A DNA stretch of 59,665 nucleotides, counting the filler, from Jimgerdemannia flammicorona (lineage: Eukaryota): the NCBI GenBank assembly GCA_003990765.1. It is 3 parts of 3 records of this genome, joined end to end, with 100 filler letters (N's around TTAATTAATTAA, not from the genome) between each part and the next. Parts side by side here need not be neighbours in the genome. Positions count along the whole stretch, not along the records: positions 19,924 to 39,744 come from RBNJ01001844.1; positions 39,845 to 59,665 come from RBNJ01001845.1; 1 more part is not named here. One strand, written 5' to 3'. Shown here piece by piece: positions 36,601 to 48,190 of the stretch. Within the stretch, counting starts at the first letter, position 1. Each line of letters begins with the position of its first letter. The position numbers and the translations under genes were made by a program. Below the pieces are notes generated by a model. The model ran no database searches and was not told where the DNA came from. It was given only the letters and a program-made list of their open reading frames with translations.

Positions 36601-39215
36601 CTTTTCTCTGGTAATATTCAGATTATACAACCTTTTGACAATACTTTCAATACAGTTTCTGGAGAAATGCTACTAGTATCATAACAACTGATGAGTATTC
36701 TAAGATGTATACTGAGCAGGGTGGCCTAGATACATTTGACTGGCAGTATGTGGGGTGGGGCTCTGGCTTGGGGGGAAGTATGAGGGGCCTGCTGGTAGGA
36801 GGATATAATAGGGGAGGAGGCAGTGCTGGAGGTCAGGAGACAGAGAGGACAAACTTTACAGATAAGGTGAAGAGAGGTCAGCAGAGAGCTGGGCTGGAGG
36901 GCTGGCTTAGGAGAGACAAGGAGACAATGAAGACTTCAGAGCAGTAGCCTTAAGGGGGAGTCTCTCTGGGGGGCTGGAGTAGTAGAGCTAGTGGTATAAG
37001 GACTAAGAAGATAACTGCTGATAGAAGCATGATGGGCAATCAGGAAAAAAATCTAGATGGGACTGCTGATGGTAGACTGAGCAGTGGAAAAGACACAAGG
37101 CCTAGCAATTTGGTGAATAGTATAACAGAACTAGTAGTGACACCATTACTCAAGAAGTCAATCTTGAAGTTTGTAGTCACCTTGTGCTTCTGGGGCTTAG
37201 CAGTGATGGTGAAAATGGTCCTGGGGCTGATTGCTAAGCAGGTGGCTGAAGTGGTATCTGTGAAGTTCCTGAAGGGTCTAGAAGGAGTGAACCATTGGAG
37301 GAGGCTCTGAAGGTGGAGTTGACAGTTAGAGAGGTATGTATTCTAATAATATGTTGCTTGAGGTGGGACCCCAGGGTGGTGTAATTGCTGGTGAAGGGGG
37401 TGCCCATAGTGACTGCTGAGGAGATGAGGAGGAGAGTTGTGAAAGTCATGGCTGAGTATAGTGAAGTGATTGATGTTGGGTTCTGGGTCTGGTAGGGGAC
37501 CTCTTTCAGGACTGGAGATGTTGATATTCAAATTCAGTTGGTAGGAAAGGAGGCTACCAGGAAGGCTAGAGACTGACCTTTAGTAATGATTTGGGGGGCT
37601 TTTTTATACAAAGTAACAAGGGTGAAGAGGAGCAAGGAGGAGGAAGAGGATCTGCTAGAGGCACTGGAAGAGCTGAGTAGTACTGTAGAGTGGAGGGCTA
37701 AGGCTTGAAAGGTGTATGTTGAGTCAATGCATTTGGAAGTGGTGAATGGAAAGAGAATTTGGATAGATAAGGAGTGGTGGGAAAGAGCCCAAAGATATAA
37801 GAGGCAGAGGGAGCTATTGGTGAAAATAGAGAGCAGGACAAAGATAGATATTGGTGACATTGAAATTGTAGAGAGAGCCAAGGAGAGCATCTGGGCTGGC
37901 AAGGATAGAGAGAATGCAGAGAAGGGGCCAGGAGGGGGAGAGAAGGTAAAGAGAGGTAACTCTTATGCAGATGGCACCTTTGAGGTCTAGGAGCTATCTC
38001 TGATCCCTATGTCTCTTATTAGAAGGGATCCAGCTTCAAGGAGCAGGGTGGCAGAGGATGTGCCTATGCAGAGAGCCCAGCAGATATACTTTGGAGTTTC
38101 TGAGGTAGTGAAGGGGGGGCAGGTAGTGGCAGTAGGTAAGGATGAATTGGTAGATATTCAAGAAGAGGAGTGAGATGAGGCTGCAAGTATAGGTGCTGAT
38201 GTCTTGATGCTGGATGGAGGGTGGCTAGCAACTTCTGGGGGGAAGGAGGTGAGAAATCTACTGTAGATGTGCAGAATAATAGACAACTTTGTAGCAGAGG
38301 AGTTGGGAGAGGTGGACCTACAAGTGATGAGTGATGAGCATTAGGCACATATCCTATATAGTGAGAGAGTAGTAGAAGTACTGAAGACAGAGATTCTTGT
38401 AATTTTCCTAGAGAAGGAAGGGTATGAGGTTGATAAGGAGAGGGAGGCTGGGCTGGCAGCTGCTGCTAGTGAGAGAGCTGCTTTCTGTTGGGCAGAGTAG
38501 TATGGGTTACAGCCTTGACAGGGGCCTGCCTGGAATATCATGAGGAATTCAAGAAGAAGGAGGATAGAGAGCTCACTGAACTTCTGGTTGGACTGGAGGC
38601 TAAGAGGACTGAAGAGGAGGTGGAAGCTACAGAATATGATCTGGATCTGACTCAAGAGGAGATAAATATAGAGCAGTAGAGGATGTACTTACTATTATAC
38701 ATTATTCCTTATAAATAGTACAATCAATATTTTCTCTTTAAATGTGAATGAGCTCTAGGGTTTGTTTTATCAACAGAATATTTTTGCTTGGCTGAAGGGA
38801 TTGGAGGCTGATCTCTTTCTTTTGTAGGATATCAGGTGTGAGGATAATTTAGATAAACTAGAATGGACAAAGAAATGGAGAGAAGAGGTAGTTTGGAAGG
38901 GCAAGGTTGGGATTCTGGTCAGGAAGGGCAGAGGGGAGATACAGGATGTGCAGAACTGAGGAGATAGGCTGGTTTGGGGTGAGTGGATATGCACTGGTCA
39001 GAAACCAGTTATGGTTAGATCCTGCTACTATCCTGTAGTGAGGGGTGAGCAGATAGAGTGGGTGAAGGGTCTTCAGGAGGAAGAGACTCTGGCAGGGGCT
39101 AGAATGGACATACTTGGTGGAGACTTTAATATAGTCAGAGATGTACTGTTGGATAGAACTGATGGCAGGCAAAGAGTGGAGGGAAAGAGTGGAGGTTTGG
39201 AGATGTGGGAGGAGG
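36601..39215 (+). mobile_element. LINE copy L5 (5' end, ORF1, endonuclease start), interrupted by a MITE
   Basis: Shared 5' terminus; ORF1 fragments; DILGGDFNIV within 39011-39262. Confidence 0.85.
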
Positions 39216-39573
39216 TAGTGCTTCCAATGAATCAAATCAAATCGAATTTGGCCCAAACTTGATTCAATTCAATTGAATCAAGGGTCCAATTTGATTCGAT
39301 TCAAATTGAATCAAAGGTCCAATTCGATTTGAAGTTCAATTTGAACCTTAATTTTCAAAATGTAATAGCTCGACGAAAACTCATCTAAATTTAATGTATT
39401 TTAGCTTGTTAGATTCACCATATTAATGTGATTCTAACAAGCTAAAGTACGTTAGATTTGGATGAGTTTACGCTGAGTTATTGCATTTTGAAAATTAGGG
39501 TTCGAATCAGACCCTCAATTTGATTCGACTTTTGATTTGATTCGAATTGATTTGAATTAAAAAATACCCAATC
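39216..39573. mobile_element. hAT-type MITE, one end missing
   Basis: Begins TAGTGCTTCC; homologous to the other MITEs; interrupted by the short poly(A)-family element. Confidence 0.85.
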
Positions 39574-39575
39574 AG

Positions 39576-39744
39576 CTCCTTTCTCCGCTACCTTACCAGT
39601 CACAAGGTTTGGTAGGCAACCTTCCGAGTCCCCTTTCCCCTATTATTACCCCCTCTACCTCGGGTTGGTTTGCTGTGCCTGCAGGGGCATGGTGGGAGGA
39701 GGGCAATGGTGATGAGTTGCCCCTTTATCGGTGTCGGATTGGTG
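39576..39744 (+). mobile_element. 5' fragment of the short poly(A)-tailed element
   Basis: Matches the starts at 57961 and 58468; cut by the gap. Confidence 0.7.
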
Positions 39745-39844
39745 NNNNNNNNNNNNNNNNNNNNNNNNNNNNNNNNNNNNNNNNNNNNTTAATTAATTAA
39801 NNNNNNNNNNNNNNNNNNNNNNNNNNNNNNNNNNNNNNNNNNNN
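39745..39844. other. Artificial contig linker
   Basis: Same N/TTAATTAATTAA/N spacer. Confidence 0.97.
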
Positions 39845-41156
39845 CCACCATGCCGCCCTGCCCTCCTTCCCCACGGACCTCTTGGGCCACCCTTTGATCC
39901 ACTCCGGGCTCCCCAGCCCAGTCACTTTCCCTCAATCCCCCTCCACTTCCTCCCTCGCCACCTTCCACCACACCTCCTCCCAATTTCTCCAACAGCTCCT
40001 TCTGAATACGCCTCCCCTGCATCTTTTCCCAAGTTCCTCGATCCATCCTGATCTTCTTCCCTTCTACAATTTCCACCACCGTCTTGGCCTCATACTCCTT
40101 CCAAGCCAATTGTCTCCTCTCGACAGCTCCCGTCAGATCCTCAAGAGCCTCCAGCAAATCCTCCTCTTCCTCCAGTGTCCCTTTCACCCGAGAGACCCTG
40201 CACTCAGCCTGTCCCCACTTCAGCGTCGCCGGCCAGTCCCTCGCCTTCCCCGTGTTCTCCCGACCAAACAAGCGTACTCTTACATCAACGTCTCCAGTCC
40301 TAAGTTCCGTACCCTCCCAGACTTTGAACCCGATATCGATGACATCCCCATACTCCTTTACCACCTCCACAATCAACTCCCTAGCCCTCTCCTGTGACAC
40401 CGTAGGAAGATCCAGCACCGTCAACTGCACCACTCTCGGGTTCCAGCGCATGCACCTCGCCATAGGAACTACCACTCCACCCACTACTACTCCTTTCTCC
40501 ATAGCCTCCAGCATCGACACCTCTTCTTCAAACCCAACCTCAATCCCTTCCTTCCCCTTCATGAACTTGACCATAGCTGCCCCCTTCACCTCCTGTGCCA
40601 CTAGCCCCAGGATCATCCTCGCAGTCACTGCCAAGCCTCGGAAACACAATGTGACCGTGAATTCTGACCTCGACTTTTTGAGTAACGGCGCCGACACCAT
40701 GCCTGTCACTCCATCAGCCAGGTCCCTGGGCCTTGTGCCCTCCTTTTGACCAGATCTGCCAACCACCGTCACATCTGGATTTTTTTCCAGATTCCCCGTC
40801 ACAGCCCCATCAGTAGTCACATCTCCAACCCCTACTCCCCCTCCCCCCATGGCGACTGAGGCTCCCATGGGGGATCCTCCCTGCCCTCCTTCTGAACCCG
40901 GTATCGCCTTCCCCAGTCCCAACCAACCATCCAGCCCTGCGGCCATCTTCCCCATCCTGACCTTGTCGGCAAAGGTCGCCCTCCCCCCACCTCTCTGCCT
41001 CAGTCCACCTCTCCCTCCACCTCCAGCGCCACCGCCCACCACAGACAGCCCTGGTATCCCCAAACCATCTCCTCGTTTCCTCCCAACCTGCTGCCAGTCG
41101 AAGGCCCGGCTGCTCCCCTGGCCGACCTGCCCACCAGTTTGCTCGATGCTTGCCAT
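39845..41156 (-). CDS. LINE ORF1, open up to the gap
   Basis: More than 430 codons without a stop; homologous to the decayed ORF1 copies. Confidence 0.85.
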
Positions 41157-41236
41157 GTTGATAGTAGCTTTTCACCAAAAACTTCACAGAAAGTGTTGTC
41201 CAAATCTTGTGTCACCCGAATGTTACCGGTGAAAGG
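39845..41236 (-). mobile_element. LINE copy L6 (CpG-retaining, probably young), inserted into a family A LTR
   Basis: Shared 5' terminus; uninterrupted ORF1; abundant CpG. Confidence 0.88.
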
Positions 41237-42463
41237 TGTTATTAGTTGTGCTGCTGGCATTATTTAGTGTCACATCAAAATACCAGTGCTGGAATAATTT
41301 CGTATCACCTCAGAATGCCGGTGCTGGCATTATCCAGTGCTACATGAGAATACCGGTGCTGGCATTATCTAGTGTAACAAAGAACTTAGAGCAGAAAGTT
41401 CAGGACCATGAGAGCTTCATCCTCATCATCATCATCACTGAAGGAGATGAGATCTGCAAATTCGTTGCACAGGCCGTGCATCTCGGTACTTCGCATGCTT
41501 CAGGTATGTCATGCGGGATGACATTATTGCCGATGACGTCATCACGTTTGGCTGTAGCGGGAAAATCAGAAACAAGATCTGGAGCTCTCCAGTCTATAAG
41601 GTTCTCTTCCACAAAATAGGAAACAAATGTGGGGTCTTGGGGAGATCTAATCTAGATGCTTGGGCCTTGGAATACTGAGATCAATCCTTGCAGGAATTGA
41701 TCTGGGTTGTCCTGAAGGATAGGGTGCCAGAAGTCTTCTACTTCTTCGCTATTGAGGGTGATAGTAGACTGGGCTTCTGTAGCCACCCTGGCTTCTAGTG
41801 TATTGATACGGTGGGATGATAGGTCTCTGAAATCCGAGACTCTAATATACTCCAAGTTGGGGATCAACTATGGTGCATGCCTGAAGATCTGATGGATCTT
41901 CCTAGCTGTCCTTGTTTCGCATATATCCATGGGAGTGTCATCTTGTAGCTCTTGGGTACTGGCCTGTGGGAACTCCCGGTAGAGGAGGTTTCCTATTTTG
42001 TACTCCTACCATATTTGGAGGCATTCGGTAGCAATGGTGATCCTTGTTTCCATTTCATGGTGGTAGAGGATAAAGTGATAAGGGTCTGCAGTACCCAGGT
42101 TGATGCTAGGAGTCCTTCTTGAGCAGGTTCTCATGGCTCTTCTGATGTCTTGGAACATCCTTTTCTCAACTGAGATACCTTGGTAATTCCTTGACCTTGA
42201 GGTTTGGCAGGCAGCAGGCATTTTGTTTGTGGTAAGTCTTTGAGCTATTTTGGGATTGGTGGTTCTTGTTAGTTGCTGCTACTGTGGTTTCTTGATCCTT
42301 CTTTTATATTCTTCAGGATGCTCATACTGTGGTCACAATGACTCACAGTTGGTCATCATTGCTCATCTCATATGCCATATGATCTTCTTGTGCTCTGATC
42401 TGGTGGCTTATAAGGAAAGGCTGTCTCCTGTGCTGATGTCATCATTCTGGGGTCACTGTTACA
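41237..42463 (-). mobile_element. Family A LTR (partial), with LTR ORF remnant 41386-42221
   Basis: Starts TGTAACAGTGACCCC on the minus strand; homologous to 9294-10826. Confidence 0.88.
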
Positions 42464-44080
42464 ATATTTATAAACTGAGATTTCTGTTTGAAGAATATGA
42501 AATAGAGTAGTTGCTTTATATAGTTACTATAGAATGGCTTACTGAGCTCACTCTTATCATCTTTCAGATAAATGAAATTATTTCAGACTTATAAATATTA
42601 TATCACTTATTAGCAAATATGAGTAAGATCTTTTAGAGCTATTGATCTTAACTCATCTATATTGGAGAAGATTTGATCAAACTTTTTGTCAAAGACTTTA
42701 TAAATATGGAAACAGAAGATCATAATTTGATAGTGTAACTATTTTTTTTAATAAAAATGAAAATGGTTGAGTTTGTAATCTGCTAAATAAATATATAAAT
42801 AAAATATAAATAAAATACTCACTGTAATATAAATTGAACTATTGCTATCTTTGGCCTTTAAGCTCATGTCTTTTAAAATTTTAATAATAATGTCTGTTTT
42901 TAGATCACTATTATATTTTGGAAAAAGATCTTTAAGAAAAAGATGTTGAAGAAGTATATCTACTGTAAGCTTTCAGATTACTTTATTAATTTTATATTTC
43001 TAACAGATATTACTAATATCTATAGATCTGCCAAATTATGATATAAAAATTCAATTTATATTTATAAATAAGTTATAATATACAAACTATAATTTATAAA
43101 CTCATTTGTAAAAATAACTTATCTATTTCTTTTTCTGTCTTACTTAACTATCTATCCTATATATCTGATCAAATGTACTTCCACATCATCATTCTGAAGT
43201 ATCTCATCATCTGAAAGTATCTTATTATCTAAAAGTATCTCACTATACAGAAACATCTCATTGTCCTAAATTATAAGCTTGGATTATTTATCATCTCTAC
43301 CTTATTTACTACTGCTGTCTTATTTACCAACTCTGCCTTATTCTTATTCAATTTATTCATTCTCATTCTGTTCACCTTAATCTTTAACCATTTGGCTGCT
43401 CTCTCATTGAAGTTAGAAGCTATATACTTATTAGTATTGATCTTATCTAGATATAATATAGTCTGTATCTTAGTTTTATATACCTTTGTAGTCTGGTGCA
43501 GTTTGTCTGTAGTCTGCTTCTTGGTTTTATATATCTTTGTAGTCTGCAGCCTATCTATGATCTGCTGTTTCTTAGTTTTACAGAACTGATATAATTTATT
43601 TATGGCTTAGTATATATTATTCATAACTTAGTACTTATTATTTATACTAAAGTATATTTTGTTCATCTTAGAAAGCAATCTGTTATCTTTAGATACAAAG
43701 AGATTATTGTAAGGAGAGTAAGAAAGACAAGATTCTTCCAGGTAAAGATCTTTTTTTATATCTGCAATATTTATAATAGACATATATATATATTGTTAGA
43801 AAGTCTAATAAGTGAACATAAAGCTTACTTACTTATATTTAGTTAATATGATAATATAATAAGTTTAGTTAATATATATAATAAAGTACAAATATATTAA
43901 ATAAGTATATATAAGTAAGTATACTAAGTAAGTATATTAAATAAGAATAAAAGTATAAAGTCAATCAGATAAATAATTTTATTTTAGGTGAATGTGTTTT
44001 ATAATTATAAACTTTCTATTAGAATAATTCATATTGTCCTTCAAATTCTTTCTTATTTTAAACCTAATATCAATATAAAG

Positions 44081-44779
44081 TATTTTTGCTCACATTGCAA
44101 TCTAAAGTACAAATCTGTCTTAGAATTAACTTAATATATCTATAAAATACATAATATACTTATATAATATCAGAATAATAAGTTTATTCTTGAATTTTTA
44201 GTTTATCAAGATTTTAGTAACTTTAATATTATACTATTATTATTTATGAATCAACTGATAGTCAGATTATCAATAGTGAGAAAGTACTTATATAGTATAA
44301 TAAATTTTTCTAAACTTAGATAGACATCTATAACTAATGCAAATAATCCTTTATATCTTTAGAAGAATGATAGAGAAATTTGGCTCATAAATCTATTGTT
44401 TTGAAGTAGAAATATATCTCAAAAAGTTATAGATAAACATCTTAATAAATTTGTAGATAGAAGAATTTTAATGGCAAATGAGCCCCTCTAGTTCACAAAC
44501 TCAAGAGAGATGATAAAAATTTTAGATATAGTAGTCAAAAATAGAGTAGTATATAATTAAACAGTTAATATTCCTGTTAAATTAATAAATATTGAGTAAT
44601 TCTCTTTTTCAAATTAGTTCTTCAATTGCAAAGTTTTTAATATTACTTATATCCAAAACTTAGATTGATAAATATGAACTATTCTATTGAGATTTACTTA
44701 CTATTTTATATAAACTAATGTCAAATATTTTATTTAAGAATAATATGAAATTTAAAGTAGAGAAATACTATACTTAGAT
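44081..44779 (+). pseudogene. Very decayed gene start with C2H2 finger, resembling the N-terminus of a Plavaka-type transposase
   Basis: YFCSHCNLKYKSVLELT*YIYKIH (C-x2-C-x12-[H>Y]-x4-H), then NP...EIWLINLLF...IDKHL...FTNSREMIKILD. Family assignment is by recollection only. Confidence 0.4.
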
Positions 44780-45118
44780 TAGTGCTCTGAATGGATAGAG
44801 TTAATTCAGATGAGATTTGATTCAGATTCATTATGTGATGAATTTGAATCAACTCAGATTGGTCTCATGATCTGATCCAGATTGATCCATCCAGATTGAA
44901 ATCTTTGGTGATATCATCCTTTCTTTTGTTCATTTTTGCTCTTGTTTTTTTTTTCTGTTGCACTTTGGTGACATCACTCTTTCTTTTGTTCTCTCTCTTC
45001 TTTTGTTCTTTCTTTGTTCTTTTTCTTTGTTCTTTTTTCTTTCCTGCTACATCACAAGCAAAAAAAACAATAGTTCTTAATTATATATTAGTCCAGTCTA
45101 TTCATTTTTTACTCTGCA

Positions 45119-47193
45119 ATGATCATCAAAAGAGGGAGTATTTGAGGTAGAAACACACTCTCTACTGATAATATTAGATTCTTTCTCATATAGATAGCAC
45201 ACAAGCTGCTCATCAAGAACTAAAGGGGTGACAGTAGTGGTAATGGTGGTAGCAATGATAATGGCAGTGGCAATGGTGGAGATGAGGGAGAATTCTGACA
45301 ATAACTCATAGCAGTCCTTCAGACCTCAGAATTCACAGACCTCACAGCTATGTATATAGCAGCTATTTTGGAATAGCTAATAGTAGATATAGGTTGCTCA
45401 CTCTATCACTACTTGTTTACTTATATTTATTTAAATTTCCCCAGTATGACCCAATTCACCTCATGCTTTTCTTAGGGTCTACAGCTCTATGGTAAGATCT
45501 GCTGATTTTATTTGTAATATCTGATCAAGATGAAGAAAGGCTGACAGATGTTGTGGGATATGCCTTTAGTGGCTGAGCTATTGAGTTAATGTATCACATG
45601 GCAGAGGTCTCAAAAAGAACAGAAGTAAGCCTTCATGAGCAATCTTATATAACTTGTGTAACTTGTACAACTTTTTGGCATACAACTTATTGACATATAA
45701 CTTACTCACTCACTCACTCACACTCTTTTTCTAAAATACCCATCTCTATATTTTATTTAACTTCATTTTTTATATGGTCTTCTCCTAAAAAAACACCCAC
45801 ACCTGTATGTAACCCATTTACATACAACCCATCTACATGCAATCCATCTGCACACAACCCACCTATATATAACTCATCTATATGTAATCTATCTATATGT
45901 AATCCATCTACACACAACCCATCCACATACTTATCTTGGCCTCTCAGATCAGGGCTCAGTTTCATTAGAAAGGAGAGTTCAAAGTTATCCAAGTTCAACC
46001 ACATTCAGCATCTGATCAAATAGAGAAATTTGAGGGCAAGATGTTCAGCATGAGTAGTATCAGCATTGTCATCAAGACTTAGGGGTCTACATTCGAATTG
46101 GAGCCAATCATTCTTGACCAAGAGGTCTATTGGCCAGCAAGAGTAACTAACAATGAAGAGAACTATATCATTATTAATAAATATAGAGAGGTGGTTGCAA
46201 TGGTGGTAAGGAATCTCTACAGTGATGAGCTTCACCACCACATCAATGAGGTTTGTGAGGATTGCATTAAATACCAGATGGCAGGAAAGAGGGGGTGAAA
46301 AAAGCAAGGAGGGGGGGGTTGGATGGGAATTAGGTATACTGCAATACTGGTAAAGGGTGGGTTCTAGAGATCCAAAATCTCCTGTACTTATCTCCCTTTT
46401 TTTTACTCCTCTCTAGATAATCACACTCTTCACTGATATACTCTTTTTGATATAATTTCAGAAATGCACAAGATTCTGTACCCCTACTGGAACTTTAGAA
46501 GTACTGTTAAAGAGCAAACTACACATGAGTATATCACAGCCTGTATGGTGATAGTGGCTATGATCTGAGATTCTTTGAGCAGATTGGTAGAGTGTACAGC
46601 AGGCCAGCTTGGTGGTGATCTCAGCATAGCTGTATGTATATTCTTGATGCAATTTAGCATACTGTATGAAGTGAGAAGCTCCACTTTTTTTAGGTGCTAC
46701 AGTCCAGGGGGTTTCTGTGGCCCAGGGGGTTTCTGTCCTTCTATATGCAAAAAGGACTGACTAGATATTGTCTATCTGATAGGTTTCTAAGCTGAGGCTC
46801 CCAGGGCTGGACTAAGAGCAGATATCCACCAGTACAGCCTGGCAGTATGAAGTCCTGGGCCAAGGGTTCACCCAACCATATACTTGTTTCACATCAGGAT
46901 ATATTAGGTACAATATTTCTCTACCCATATATACAGACAACAATGTCACCCCAGTAATATTCTATATCTCAGAAAGGAAGGGCCCAATCTGGGAAGATAG
47001 TGGTGGAGTCTGGTATGACCTCATCTATGGTTTTGGGGTTCCATTTATAGCCAACATGGCCATCCTATTCCAACAACATAACTACTATGGCACCATTACC
47101 TTTGAGGAGAGCTCAGATATAATAGTCATCACACTCACAATAGATGACAGGCTCATCAAGGCCTGGGACCAGCAGATAGAGCAGTTTTTGTGA
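45119..47193 (+). pseudogene. Multi-exon putative 2OG-Fe(II) dioxygenase (TET/JBP-like) cargo gene, hAT copy 2
   Basis: In-frame exon-like segments from ATG 45119; 45948-~46294 (includes ORF 46098-46298); ~46462-46670; last exon to TGA 47193. Motif reads Y-T-D...Y-GT, i.e. His codons changed by C>T relative to copy 1. Confidence 0.55.
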
Positions 47194-48190
47194 GAGTTAG
47201 GCAATCTTTCATAAGGGTTAGGCAATCTTTCATAAGGGTTAGGTAATCTTTTATAAGAGTTCAGCAGTCATTTTGTACAGATTGAGCTAGCAGCTGGACA
47301 TCTCTTCTGTAGTACTAGTTTAGTCATTATGCTGGGCCCTACTAGCCCCTTAGTCCTGCTCTTATAGTGCTACTGGTATAGCACTGCAGCACAGGGCCAG
47401 AGTGCTTGTGGAACTCAAACTGGTGATAGAGCCCAAATCTGTAGTGGACTTTGACTGCCAGAAGTACCCTCCAACTGCCAGAAATGCTCTCTGACTATCA
47501 GAAGCACCCTCCAACTGCCAGAAGCACCCTCTGATCACCAGAAGCACCCTCTGATCCAGACTCAGACTCCTTGGTGACTTGGAGCTACTTCTATACTACT
47601 GGCAGAGGGCAACAAATTTTGTGCACTCTCTCTACCAACCCCACTAATCTCTGATCCAGATACAGGCTACTGGGGGGAGCCCTATGCTACTAGTGCCACA
47701 AATTTTGCATGCTTTCTCTGCCTGTCCCATATAACCTGAATTCTTACAGCTTGGAACTGCCCCTTGCTGTTGGCAGAGGGCTGCAAATTTTGCATGCTCT
47801 CTCTGCTGACCCCATACCCACCAACCCTGCCAACCAACCCTGCCTACTGATCCAGGTACTGACAGCTTGAGACTGTCCCTCACTGCTGGCAGAGAGCTGC
47901 AAATTTTGTATACTCCCTCTATCTATCCCCCCCCTCTCTGCCAACTCCCCCATCCTAGACACTTACAGCTTGGGGCTGCTCCTTGCTATCAGTGAAGGGC
48001 TGCAAATTTTGCATACTCTCTCTACTGACCCCATGCCCACCAATCTACCCACCAACCCACCCACTGACCCAGGTACTGATAGCTTGGGGCTGCTCTTTGC
48101 TGCTGGCAGAGGGCTGCAAATTTTGCACACTCTCTTTACTGCCACCAACTCTACTGACCACTGCCCTACTTGGGCTGCAAACTCTAGGCC
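47185..48190. repeat. Internal repeat block of hAT copy 2
   Basis: Same minisatellites and ~6 TGCAAATTTTGCA-centred palindromic units as 30385-31450. Confidence 0.8.

Noticed and set aside
41160..41236. HDV-like ribozyme at the LINE 5' end
   Set aside because: Could not identify the P1/P1.1/P3 nested pseudoknot or the catalytic C; only the closing stem is supported.
45790..45930. Pentapeptide-repeat ORF (45753-46004, minus strand)
   Set aside because: A 15-bp minisatellite lying in a probable intron of the plus-strand cargo gene.
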